A stretch of 59,958 bases of DNA from a virus (lineage: Duplodnaviria > Caudoviricetes): positions 1 through 59,958 of the IMG/VR virus record IMGVR_UViG_3300005584_000003; one strand, given 5' to 3'. Positions 38,468 to 47,835 of this stretch are shown here, piece by piece. The position numbers were made by a program, and so were the translations under genes. The notes under the pieces were generated by a model. That model saw nothing but the letters and a program-made list of their open reading frames with translations. It made no database searches and was not told the DNA's origin. The first letter of the stretch is position 1, and every line of letters begins with the position of its first letter.

Positions 38468-39126
38468 AGATTACCAAGGAAGGAGTAGCCGTCGTCGAAA
38501 GAGATAGTCATCTTGGTAAGTGGGTACAGGAATGGGGCAGGCTCGATTTTGATCAGCACGCACTGAAGACCTACCTCAATTACTTCAAGGATGGCGGCGT
38601 CATGTTAAACGTGGGCGCCAACATTGGTTGTTACGCCAAAGCATTTGTTGATAAGGCAAAGAAGGTCATATGCTTTGAGCCAAACAAGGAGGCCTATGAA
38701 TGCCTCGTCTACAATCTAGGTAAGTACGATAACGTGGACATCCATAATCTCGCGGTGTCCATGTTTCCACATAAGTACAAAGTGAAATGCGATAACGACA
38801 ATATCGGTATGGCTTACATCGAGAAGTCGGACGATGGTGAGTTTGAAACCACGACCATTGATAGCCTGTCACTAACTGAGCTTGATTTCATCCTAATGGA
38901 TTGCGAAGGCTTTGAGCTTGATGTGTTGAAGGGTGGCGAAAAAACCATTAATGCTTTAAGGCCAATAATGGTTATTGAAATCAACACTCATACCCTCAAA
39001 CGAGTTGGCGTGGATAAGTCAGCAATCTTTGACTGGTTAACAAATCACAAATACTCTTACCGGAACATATATATGAACGTCAATATGGACGGGGACCAGT
39101 TTGACATCATTTGCTTAAATGCCTAG
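38464..39126 (+). CDS. FkbM-family methyltransferase
   Basis: VGANIG, FEPN, TIDSL, MDCEGFE..VL.G, P...IE. Confidence 0.9.
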   Translation: MKITKEGVAVVERDSHLGKWVQEWGRLDFDQHALKTYLNYFKDGGVMLNVGANIGCYAKAFVDKAKKVICFEPNKEAYECLVYNLGKYDNVDIHNLAVSMFPHKYKVKCDNDNIGMAYIEKSDDGEFETTTIDSLSLTELDFILMDCEGFELDVLKGGEKTINALRPIMVIEINTHTLKRVGVDKSAIFDWLTNHKYSYRNIYMNVNMDGDQFDIICLNA

Positions 39127-39345
39127 TTACTGGATCTTGCTTGAGCTGAATCGACCCTTGATATAAGTGGCTAGGAATCGCCCCTTACTACCGGAAGCCA
39201 TGAAGTCATCGTAAACGTTAGCCGGGACACCGAAATATTGATAGGCGCTGGTGTTATTAAACACGACCACCATGGTAAAGGTCTTTTCGTCGTAGTTGAC
39301 TTCTGAAATATTTGATGAGTTAACTTTCATGCTTGTATTAGGCAT
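39127..39345 (-). CDS. KTSC domain protein
   Basis: V.SSNI..V.YD......V.F.....Y.Y..VP..Y..FM...SKG.F....IKG.F. Confidence 0.9.
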   Translation of the reverse strand: MPNTSMKVNSSNISEVNYDEKTFTMVVVFNNTSAYQYFGVPANVYDDFMASGSKGRFLATYIKGRFSSSKIQ

Positions 39346-39372
39346 GACAACGACTTATACAGCAAGTCATAA

Positions 39373-39915
39373 ATGGAACTCACCGAAAAGTGTAACTATG
39401 AGAAGATCCTTGATGAAGAGACACCACAGGCTGAACGTATTGCTGAATATCTCATGGGGTATGGCGTTACTGACGTCCTCGATGTCGGTTGCGGGCCCGG
39501 GAATTACGTTAAAGAAATGCGTAAGCGTGGAATCAACGCATTTGGCGTGGATATCGATGACCGCGCCATTAATGAAGAGCATTGCATCATTTCCGATATT
39601 ACCAACGAGGATCCACTCCACAAATACGCCGTTGTATTGTCGTTAGAGGTGGGTGAGCATATCCCGGAGGATAAATCATGGGACTATATCCGATATATCG
39701 CTCGATGTGAGCCGACCATGATTATGTTTTCCGCCGCTCTACATGGACAGGGTGGCGACGGGCATATTAACTGCCAGAACAAGTCATATTGGGCTGCTCG
39801 CTTCCGTTGGTATGGCTACAAGTACGATCCAATTGCCACAGAAGATTTCGTCAACTATATGCGCAACGGCTACCACATGGGTTGGCTACTGCAAAATGTA
39901 ATGATATTCAATTAA
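39373..39915 (+). CDS. class I SAM-dependent methyltransferase
   Basis: VLDVGCGPG, SLEV.EHI, FSAA..GQGG.GHIN.Q...YW. Confidence 0.9.
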   Translation: MELTEKCNYEKILDEETPQAERIAEYLMGYGVTDVLDVGCGPGNYVKEMRKRGINAFGVDIDDRAINEEHCIISDITNEDPLHKYAVVLSLEVGEHIPEDKSWDYIRYIARCEPTMIMFSAALHGQGGDGHINCQNKSYWAARFRWYGYKYDPIATEDFVNYMRNGYHMGWLLQNVMIFN

Positions 39916-41090
39916 TGAAGCCCACACTACATATCCTTGTTCCGTTCCACACCATTCCCGATACGGAGCATCATCATTGTGCCTTCACGCAGAAGGCTTT
40001 GCGCATACCTAAGATGATGCAACCGCTTGGGTATGAGTGCTTTGAGTACGCCAATGGCGAATCAGAATCAGACGCTAATAACAAGGTTATGATTCTTTCT
40101 AAGGATGAATTACACTTATTGGCTGGAAAGCGGGAACATGCTGGCTTCCATGGTAATACAGCAGTTGTTGGCTCGCCCCACTGGATAGAATTTGATAAGC
40201 GATTAAAGGTAGAGTTAAACAAAAGGGTTAAAAAGCACGATATCATCTGCCATCCCTTTGGTCGGGCTCACGCAGATCTCGTTAAACTCTACTCGGAGCA
40301 ATATCACGTTGAAACTGGCATTGGATATCCTGACGTAGACTTTGGCGCCTTTCGTATCTTTGAATCATCGGCATGGATGCACTATCACTTGGGTAAGAAG
40401 CTTCATTTTGATGGGTCGGGCAGGATCATCCATAATTCGGACAATTTACCGGTAGTTGGTGAAGGTGGAAAAGACTACATGTGGATAGTACCTAACTACT
40501 TCGACCTTAATGACTGGCCGTTTAATCCCAATAAGGGAGAATACCTCCTCTATTATGGCCGCATATGCCCAGAGAAGGGCCTCGATGTCGTAAAGGCTAT
40601 TGCCGACAACATCAACGAAAAGATCATCCTAGCGGGCCAAGGAGACGCCTCTACGTGGAAGCACAAGAACCTTGAGTACATTGGACCGGTTGTGGGCGCA
40701 GAACGCGGCAAATTGCTTGGAAAGGCCAAAGCACTGCTAATGCCGACCCGTTATATTGAGCCATTTGGTGGAGCAGGCGTTGAGGGTCAATTATGCGGTG
40801 CCGCTCTATTAGCGTCTAGCTTTGGTTGTTTCTCGGAAACCCTTGCACACGGCCTTACTGGTTATAACTGCCATACGTTGGGCGATTGGCTGGATGCCAT
40901 TAATAACGTCAATGCGGGTAAAATCGACCGCCAATATACTTCTGATCGAGCAACGAGACTATATTCTCTGCAAACATGCGCTAAACGATTTGATGCTATT
41001 TTTATGCAAATAAACGATTTATCGTTACCGGCTAATGCTCCTGAAGGCAGTGGTTGGTATCATTTGAATGGCCATATGGTTCACGTATAG
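39915..41090 (+). CDS. glycosyltransferase family 4 (GT-B)
   Basis: GRI.PEKG, AKALL.P....EPFG....E...G. Confidence 0.9.
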   Translation: MKPTLHILVPFHTIPDTEHHHCAFTQKALRIPKMMQPLGYECFEYANGESESDANNKVMILSKDELHLLAGKREHAGFHGNTAVVGSPHWIEFDKRLKVELNKRVKKHDIICHPFGRAHADLVKLYSEQYHVETGIGYPDVDFGAFRIFESSAWMHYHLGKKLHFDGSGRIIHNSDNLPVVGEGGKDYMWIVPNYFDLNDWPFNPNKGEYLLYYGRICPEKGLDVVKAIADNINEKIILAGQGDASTWKHKNLEYIGPVVGAERGKLLGKAKALLMPTRYIEPFGGAGVEGQLCGAALLASSFGCFSETLAHGLTGYNCHTLGDWLDAINNVNAGKIDRQYTSDRATRLYSLQTCAKRFDAIFMQINDLSLPANAPEGSGWYHLNGHMVHV

Positions 41091-41092
41091 GC

Positions 41093-41128
41093 ATAAAAAA
41101 GGGGAGGGACTTTTGATCCCCCCCCTTT
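41093..41128 (-). terminator. terminator between the convergent GT4 and capsid genes
   Basis: GGGGGGGGA/TCCCTCCCC stem + TTTTTTATG on the minus strand. Confidence 0.8.
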
Positions 41129-41145
41129 GAATTATTACCTAGCTA

Positions 41146-42408
41146 TTAGGCATTAAGGCCAGATACGCCCGAGCAAGAAGCAAGGGTGTCATCAGCCAAG
41201 CAACGCTTGTAGACGATAGGCAGAACGAACCAAGGATAGATCGGGCGGAACGCACGACCAATTTGGAACGCCAGAACTCCGTAGTTACGGAAGAAGTTCT
41301 GCACCATGTCAGGATAGGCACCGAAGATAACTTCGCCACCGAACATCTGTTGAGCCCATTTAACGCGACCTTCGCCAACGTACTTGGCAGGAACCTGACG
41401 CTCGAAAGACTGACGAGCGAACAAGAAGCCAACTTCGTGAGAAGCGACCAGCCAACCGGGATTAACGACTTCAATGGTGCCAGTGGTGCCAGCGACGGAC
41501 GCATAAGGCTCCACAGCAACATAGGTCGAACCATTCCAGTTGTAACGGAGGGGACGTTGATCCTCACCGAAGTCAATACCACGGAACATCGGTTTGAAGA
41601 TGTAACCCGTCATGCCTTTCTTGGCTTCTGAGTCGCCAGAAATTGCATTAACTGCAAGAGGACCAACTGGGTAGGTAACATAAGCACCCGGGCCAGCCGC
41701 CCCACCTAAGTCCTGACGCATTGACTCAAGGATGTCAGCGGAACCGATAAAGCGCACGTGTGCGCCTTCGCCTTCGCCGAACTTCCAAGCAAGAAGATCT
41801 TGCGTGAGAAAACGAGCATAATGATGCAACAGTTCAAACGACAGACGCGTATCCGAATGGGTATTCGGCAGCGCGACATCGATCTGCTGTTGACCACCGG
41901 AGATGGTGGAGTAGAAGTTAACACCGCTCTGCACGATGGCCTTCACACCAGAACGGGTGAAGATTTCAGCGCGCGTATCAGCGTTAATCAGCTCGGTCGA
42001 GTACTGTTGCACCGAATTCAACTGAGTCGTAAGGGACTCCTTGAACGCGTTATAAGCAACATTCAGCGCGATCACATCAGAGAAATCCTGATAGATCTTA
42101 GCAGAATACTGATAGCTTGAGGTGCCTGATTTGCTGTTACCAGCATTAGGCCCAATATTGGTAACGTTACCCATCGTGGTGAACGTTGGGAACGTCATCG
42201 ACGTACCGGGGACCGTGCGGCCCTGAATAGTCGAAACGTGAACTGGGGAAACCTGAGCTTCAAAGGTCTTTTGAGAAAGAACAGAGAGATAAGGTACATT
42301 GGCAGCAAGTGCGGCACCAATCGGCGCAATGATGCGCGAAGGGTCGCTTGCGAAGATCTGAACCGCTGTGGGTAGATCGATGAATGCAGCTGTGGGAGTA
42401 ATAGGCAT
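41146..42408 (-). CDS. putative major capsid protein
   Basis: 420 aa; high-expression codon bias; own promoter and terminator; resembles recalled freshwater phage capsids (LAAN.PY, INAD.RA, RA.RP..P); no other capsid candidate in the window. Confidence 0.7.
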   Translation of the reverse strand: MPITPTAAFIDLPTAVQIFASDPSRIIAPIGAALAANVPYLSVLSQKTFEAQVSPVHVSTIQGRTVPGTSMTFPTFTTMGNVTNIGPNAGNSKSGTSSYQYSAKIYQDFSDVIALNVAYNAFKESLTTQLNSVQQYSTELINADTRAEIFTRSGVKAIVQSGVNFYSTISGGQQQIDVALPNTHSDTRLSFELLHHYARFLTQDLLAWKFGEGEGAHVRFIGSADILESMRQDLGGAAGPGAYVTYPVGPLAVNAISGDSEAKKGMTGYIFKPMFRGIDFGEDQRPLRYNWNGSTYVAVEPYASVAGTTGTIEVVNPGWLVASHEVGFLFARQSFERQVPAKYVGEGRVKWAQQMFGGEVIFGAYPDMVQNFFRNYGVLAFQIGRAFRPIYPWFVLPIVYKRCLADDTLASCSGVSGLNA

Positions 42409-42555
42409 GGGAATCTAGTTTAGTTGTTGTACGCGTGGATAAGCAGCCACTACTTCTGCCGCTCGGTGGGTAGTTCCAAGCGCGCTAGACCCGTTTGCTC
42501 ACAGCGGGTATGCCTTGCGGCGAGCCGACCTAACGGTTAGACCCCTGATGATCAG

Positions 42556-42585
42556 ACAGTAACATTAATATTATGTACTTGTCAA
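42556..42585 (-). promoter_or_regulatory. promoter of the capsid gene
   Basis: TTGACA-N18-TACTGT. Confidence 0.65.
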
Positions 42586-42619
42586 TAGGGTGTTAATGCT
42601 ATCATAAGTCCTTGATGAC

Positions 42620-42946
42620 ATGAATAATGAGTTTTATACCTCCCCGGAAAGAAAATGTAGATTTTCTATTGATTATGTTACCCCCGGGGCACAAGGGCTG
42701 GCGTGGGCGATCCTATTAAAAGCCGTTGAGGATGGGTGTTCTAAGGAGTGGTTAGTCGCTATTGTTCAATATTATGGAATTGATTTTGATGAAAAATTAT
42801 TTGAACGCCTCCCTATGAATAAAATTAAAATGATGAATAAAAATCACGAAATGATTGGCATTCAATTTTCCGCCCCCAAGGAAAAGGAATGTTTGTTAAG
42901 TATGCACGACGGTCTTCATATCAGAGGCTTACTGGACCTTGCCTGA
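42620..42946 (+). CDS. hypothetical protein
   Basis: 108-aa ORF divergent from the capsid gene. Confidence 0.55.
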   Translation: MNNEFYTSPERKCRFSIDYVTPGAQGLAWAILLKAVEDGCSKEWLVAIVQYYGIDFDEKLFERLPMNKIKMMNKNHEMIGIQFSAPKEKECLLSMHDGLHIRGLLDLA

Positions 42947-42974
42947 TGATGGGGCTTTTGTTAATCTAACCAGC
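42939..42974 (+). promoter_or_regulatory. leaderless promoter
   Basis: TTGCCT-N17 (ending TGT)-TAATCT-N7-ATG. Confidence 0.7.
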
Positions 42975-45900
42975 ATGTCTTGTACATCTTGCGCAACTCC
43001 TGTTTGGTGTACCCCGCCTAATTTTGATATTATATTTCCTGATCTGATTGGGCCGACCGGCGCATCTGGTTGTACTGGATCAACTGGGCCTATCGGTCCT
43101 ACAGGTCCACAAGGGACAACTGGTCCCACAGGTATCATGGGGCCTAGTGGTCCGACTGGTACGACAGGTCCAACAGGTCCGCAAGGAACGACAGGTCCTA
43201 CGGGCTTACAGGGCACTACAGGTCCTACCGGAACTACCGGCCCGACTGGAACGACGGGTCCGACCGGACCCATGGGTACAACAGGTCCGACGGGCACCAC
43301 AGGCCCAACCGGGCCACAAGGTACGACGGGTCCAATGGGTACTACCGGTCCTACGGGGCTTATGGGGCCAACAGGACCACAGGGTACTACTGGGCCTACT
43401 GGTTTGATTGGACCGACAGGATTGCAGGGTACAACCGGCCCTACGGGTGGAACAGGTCCAATTGGTTCAACCGGCCCAACAGGTGCTAGCGGTATTCAGG
43501 GCGTACAAGGCACCACTGGACCAACGGGTATTCAAGGTGAGCAAGGTACTACGGGTGCTACTGGTGTACAGGGCACGACGGGACCAACAGGCTTACAAGG
43601 TACGACTGGACCCACCGGCCCGCAGGGTGATCGTTATTCGACCATTAGTACAACCAGTTTAGCCATTCCATCAATTGGTAATACAGTTACATTAACCGTT
43701 GAAGTTGGATTGGCTTATACGGCGGCTCAAGAAGTTGTCGTTCAATATGACGAAACAAATCATTTTAATTTAGACCTAACGAGCTATAATTATGCTACAG
43801 GTGTTATGGTTGGCGTGGTTACGCACACTGCTGGTAGCGGTACGTATGCATCATGGACGGTTAATCTATCTGGTATTGTCGGCGCACCCGGTGCAACCGG
43901 CGTAACAGGTCCAACGGGTATCGCTGGTCCAACAGGACCAGAAGGAAGCACTGGCCCAACTGGATTACAAGGATCTACGGGACCACAGGGTATTACCGGC
44001 CCACAAGGAACTACTGGGGCTACTGGGTCTACTGGTGCTGGTGTGACGGGCGCTACTGGTCCTACAGGTGTTAACGGAGCAGTCGGTGCAACCGGTGTTA
44101 TGGGACCAACTGGCACGCAAGGTGTTACAGGACCTGTTGGTGTTACTGGAGCTACCGGTGTCATTGGTCTTACCGGTGGTACGGGCGCAACCGGCGTACA
44201 GGGCATACAGGGCGCCACGGGCATACAAGGCCCATCAGGTGCTACTGGTGCGACGGGTGTCGTTGGCATTAGCGGTGCTACGGGTATTGCGGGTCCTACT
44301 GGTCCATCGGGGGCTACGGGTGCTGCTGGTCCGGGGACTACCATTACAACCACGGATGATTTGGCCTCAACGGCACTCTATCCGGTGATGGTAACGGCGG
44401 TTGGATCCGCCACCACTCCAAAGACAACGGCTAGCAAATTATCATTTAATGCTAGTACGGGCGCACTCGCAATCACTGGCACCGTCAGCGCGGTCGGCGG
44501 CTTTGGCACGATACAGATGCTAAAGTCCTCTAATTTTGGTTATAGCACCTCTTATGGTGCCGCCGTTATTGGTGCTACTTCGGGTAGCGTGACAGTATGT
44601 TTAGGTGTGGACCCTATCGCAAATGCATCAGGATCATTTAATGGAAATGGCAGCGAGATAATGGTCAGGAATGTTGGATCGTTTATATCACCAACGGCAG
44701 CCAATACCTCTTATTATGGTATTATGTCATGGGGTGCGGGGACTGTTACTTTCCCGAATACGGTAACAGCAAATATCACGGGATCGTCAGGTTCCTGCAC
44801 GGGTAATGCGGCAACGGCTACTCTAGCAGCAAACTCAACGTTGGCCGGTGGATTTACTCCGACAACCGCTGGTACAGCATCAACTATTTGTGTAAGGGAT
44901 GGTGGTAATCACTTAACCATTGGCGGGTATTATTTTGGGCAGTATATCAATACTACGGATAACGTAGAGACAGGGACCATAACTCACATTATGGCTAAGT
45001 TTGGGGATAATTATCATCGTTCTGCAACAGCCGCAAAGGTTGCTACTTTTATAAGTGGGCAAAGCATGAACATCAGCGGAAGCTCAACTTCCTGCTCGGG
45101 TAATGCTGCAACGGCTACCACGGCTACCACCTCATCTGGACTTAACGGGACCGCCACCGCGACTAGGTTCTCATGGACTGCGGCACAAGTATACCAAATA
45201 GACAACTCCGGTGGTGGCCTCGGTGGATTCGAGGTAACCGGTGGGGGTGCGTCGTACCCCGCATTCATTTCGTTCCATCGTCCCGGTGCCTTCGCAGGCT
45301 ACTTCGGATTGGATACCGATAATCAATGGACCTACGGCGGCTGGTCGTGGGGCGCGGCAAAATACAAGTTCCTGACCTCGGCTAACTATACTACATACGC
45401 GCTTCCGTTGAGTGGCGGCACGCTAACTGGTGCATTAACGATCAACGGAACCACGCTTACTGTTGGCAATACTTCGTCCAGCAATATTAACATGGTGGAC
45501 ACGGATGAGGGCACACGAACCATCCACTGTAATTCTAATCGCATTGGTTTTCTGAATCAAGCTGGTGGATGGGGCGCGTACTGCGACGATTCTGGCAACT
45601 GGGCAGCAAACAACTTATCAGGAACGAACACTGGGGATCAGACCAATATTAGCGGCAGTGCGGCTTCGGCTACTTTCTTAAATAGCAGCAATTATATTAA
45701 TCGATGTGGTTCGAGCGGAAACGCAAATACCGATTTCAATAACTCACCAGCAGGGGCAGTTCGTCATAATGGCGACGACGCGAATTTAACAAATAGCCCC
45801 GGTGGCACTTGGTGGTTTTACGACAACTATCGCCACTCTAACAGCAGTAATTATTGGGGAACTCAAGTAGCTTGGGGTTGGGAAGATAATTCTGCCAGAT

Positions 45901-46295
45901 TATGTCAAAGAAATGTTAGTGGAGGAAGCTGGGGCGCATGGGTTGAGTATTTAAACACTGGGGGAAGAACATTTAGCGGAAGCCTTACAATGTCGGCCAA
46001 CATAACCGCTTATTCTGATTTATCATTGAAGGAGAATATAGAGTTAATCCCCAATGCGTTAAACAAATTAAAAACTTTACGCGGCGTTACATTTACGAGG
46101 AACGATCTCGAAGATAAAACCAAACGCCACACTGGTATTATTGCTCAAGAGGTTGAAGCAATTCTGCCCGAAGCAGTGCTCACTGACGAAAAAGGGATCA
46201 AGAGTGTTGCTTATGGCAACATGGTTGGGCTGCTGATCGAAGCCATCAAGGAACTCCACGCAGAAGTTGCCGCGCTAAAGAAGGGCGACTGCTGA
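42975..46295 (+). CDS. long collagen-like tail fibre with a C-terminal intramolecular chaperone (peptidase S74)
   Basis: two GXT collagen tracts, GNAATAT repeats, SD..LKENI...GIIAQEV...LPEAV...[13 protein letters not shown]. Confidence 0.92.
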   Translation: MSCTSCATPVWCTPPNFDIIFPDLIGPTGASGCTGSTGPIGPTGPQGTTGPTGIMGPSGPTGTTGPTGPQGTTGPTGLQGTTGPTGTTGPTGTTGPTGPMGTTGPTGTTGPTGPQGTTGPMGTTGPTGLMGPTGPQGTTGPTGLIGPTGLQGTTGPTGGTGPIGSTGPTGASGIQGVQGTTGPTGIQGEQGTTGATGVQGTTGPTGLQGTTGPTGPQGDRYSTISTTSLAIPSIGNTVTLTVEVGLAYTAAQEVVVQYDETNHFNLDLTSYNYATGVMVGVVTHTAGSGTYASWTVNLSGIVGAPGATGVTGPTGIAGPTGPEGSTGPTGLQGSTGPQGITGPQGTTGATGSTGAGVTGATGPTGVNGAVGATGVMGPTGTQGVTGPVGVTGATGVIGLTGGTGATGVQGIQGATGIQGPSGATGATGVVGISGATGIAGPTGPSGATGAAGPGTTITTTDDLASTALYPVMVTAVGSATTPKTTASKLSFNASTGALAITGTVSAVGGFGTIQMLKSSNFGYSTSYGAAVIGATSGSVTVCLGVDPIANASGSFNGNGSEIMVRNVGSFISPTAANTSYYGIMSWGAGTVTFPNTVTANITGSSGSCTGNAATATLAANSTLAGGFTPTTAGTASTICVRDGGNHLTIGGYYFGQYINTTDNVETGTITHIMAKFGDNYHRSATAAKVATFISGQSMNISGSSTSCSGNAATATTATTSSGLNGTATATRFSWTAAQVYQIDNSGGGLGGFEVTGGGASYPAFISFHRPGAFAGYFGLDTDNQWTYGGWSWGAAKYKFLTSANYTTYALPLSGGTLTGALTINGTTLTVGNTSSSNINMVDTDEGTRTIHCNSNRIGFLNQAGGWGAYCDDSGNWAANNLSGTNTGDQTNISGSAASATFLNSSNYINRCGSSGNANTDFNNSPAGAVRHNGDDANLTNSPGGTWWFYDNYRHSNSSNYWGTQVAWGWEDNSARLCQRNVSGGSWGAWVEYLNTGGRTFSGSLTMSANITAYSDLSLKENIELIPNALNKLKTLRGVTFTRNDLEDKTKRHTGIIAQEVEAILPEAVLTDEKGIKSVAYGNMVGLLIEAIKELHAEVAALKKGDC

Positions 46296-46345
46296 AATGA
46301 CGATGCCAATGAATCGTCTTAATAAACTAGAGAACAACTAATTTA

Positions 46346-47242
46346 ATGACGTTACCATTAGGCACAATTTCGATGTCTCTGGTGAATATTGAACTGGGAT
46401 TAAGTGCAACCGCAACCATTTCACTCAATCAGGCTGCGGTTCGCACACTTGCTGGTGTTCCAAGTGGAGCAATATCAATGTCTAATCTACAGGGTAAATC
46501 CAACACTTATGTTGTTAATTACGTGATAGTTGCTGGGGGCGGAGGGGGCGGGATGCAACATGCAGGAGGCGGAGGTGGTGGTGGTCTTATAAGTGGTTCT
46601 GCAAACGTAAGCCCCGGAACAGCTTACGCTTTGAATGTTGGCGGAGCGGGAACGGGATGCACCGGATATAATGCTCAAGGTGGAGCATGGCTGGGATTCA
46701 ACGGCGGTAACTCATCTGGATTTGGAGTTACCTGCTATGGCGGTGGCACCGGCAATGGTGGCCCCGGGGCGGCTGGCGGATGCGGTGGTGGTGGTGGTTA
46801 TCCGAATGAAACTAGCGGCGGAGCTGGAGTTGCTGGTCAGGGGTTTGCGGGAAATACAGCTAGCACTGGTAGTATATACAACGGTGGTGGTGGAGGTGGC
46901 GGAGAACAAGCCGGTCAAGGTCAGAATGGAGGAACGGGCGCCGTTGGGTGGTGGACACGATATACCGGAGGTGGCGGTGGCGGATACGGCGGAGGAACGG
47001 GCGGATCATACGGCGGCGGCAATGGCGGAGGCGGGTCAGCTTCTGGTCAGGCCGCATTTAATTGGGGTTGCGGTGGTGGCGGTGGCGGCAATTTAGGTGT
47101 TGGCCAAGGCGGCAATGGCTATCAAGGTGTTTGCCGACTTTACTACGCTGGCAACCAAAGGGGAACCGGTGGTCAATCAATATATACAACCGGAGGTAAC
47201 ACTTATCATGATTTTGGTGCTTCGGGAAACTACACAGCTTAA
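46346..47242 (+). CDS. glycine-rich fibre tip / adhesin-like protein
   Basis: ISMS.VN.ELG...ISLN...VR.LAG..SG.ISM..L.GKS N-terminus and poly-Gly rungs. Confidence 0.8.
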   Translation: MTLPLGTISMSLVNIELGLSATATISLNQAAVRTLAGVPSGAISMSNLQGKSNTYVVNYVIVAGGGGGGMQHAGGGGGGGLISGSANVSPGTAYALNVGGAGTGCTGYNAQGGAWLGFNGGNSSGFGVTCYGGGTGNGGPGAAGGCGGGGGYPNETSGGAGVAGQGFAGNTASTGSIYNGGGGGGGEQAGQGQNGGTGAVGWWTRYTGGGGGGYGGGTGGSYGGGNGGGGSASGQAAFNWGCGGGGGGNLGVGQGGNGYQGVCRLYYAGNQRGTGGQSIYTTGGNTYHDFGASGNYTA

Positions 47243-47253
47243 TATTTATCATT

Positions 47254-47640
47254 ATGAATGCTCCTCCTATATCTCAAACAGTTAACTTTGCTTACGTTGG
47301 TGAGGACAGCATTGTTAAAAATGTTGCATGTCTTCCTAACTATACGCCGACCAAAGAAGGCATTGAATATTTAATTTCCGCCCATGCTCATGAGGAAGAA
47401 TACAATGTTCCGAATGGCGCTTGGTATCGTCAGGATTTAACAGATCCTAAAAGAAAGGCTGCTGGAATTGGGGCGACGTATGATTCAGAATTAGATGCAT
47501 TTATTCCCGTATCTTTTTTTCCTTCATGGACGCTTAACAAAGAAACATACGAATGGACTCCTCCTACGCCACAGCCATCACCATTTCATGCTTGGGATGA
47601 GAAAACTCAAAGTTGGGTGAAGGTATACCCGGACGTTTAA
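47254..47640 (+). CDS. fibre-associated protein
   Basis: AGIG.TYD...DAFI.....SW.L....W.PP.P.P...WDE...W. Confidence 0.75.
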   Translation: MNAPPISQTVNFAYVGEDSIVKNVACLPNYTPTKEGIEYLISAHAHEEEYNVPNGAWYRQDLTDPKRKAAGIGATYDSELDAFIPVSFFPSWTLNKETYEWTPPTPQPSPFHAWDEKTQSWVKVYPDV

Positions 47641-47650
47641 CTTCGTCGTT

Positions 47651-47830
47651 ATGCTTGAGACGTATACACGTACGTTATTGCGTACTCTATCTTACCGAAT
47701 CTTAGCTTTATTGATTACTGCTGCTTGGACTGGTCTTGGAAGTGCGTTAATGATTCACTTTGTTCTTTTTCTGATGCAATATGTTGTTGAAAGAATTTGG
47801 CTTAAAATTCATTGGGGTCTAAACAAATAG
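47651..47830 (+). CDS. DUF2061-like small membrane protein (59 aa)
   Basis: translated by hand: ET..RT..RT.SYR......Y..ERIW.KI.WG. Confidence 0.75.
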   Translation: MLETYTRTLLRTLSYRILALLITAAWTGLGSALMIHFVLFLMQYVVERIWLKIHWGLNK

Positions 47831-47835
47831 GCGCG

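Noticed and set aside
42545-42551. CTGATGA as a hammerhead ribozyme core
   Set aside because: No correctly placed GAAA or flanking stems; it sits at the capsid transcription start region
1408-42616. Recurring TAAGTCNTTG motif (1410-1418 minus, 39349-39358 minus, 42605-42614 plus)
   Set aside because: Only three loosely placed copies; cannot be distinguished from chance without counting
22822-44353. Pro-Val-Gly/Ala-rich antisense ORFs (22822, 24091, 27122, 42929, 43790)
   Set aside because: Shadow frames of the collagen repeats
42975-47242. Diversity-generating retroelement or invertible fibre cassette
   Set aside because: No reverse transcriptase, invertase or template/variable repeat pair seen
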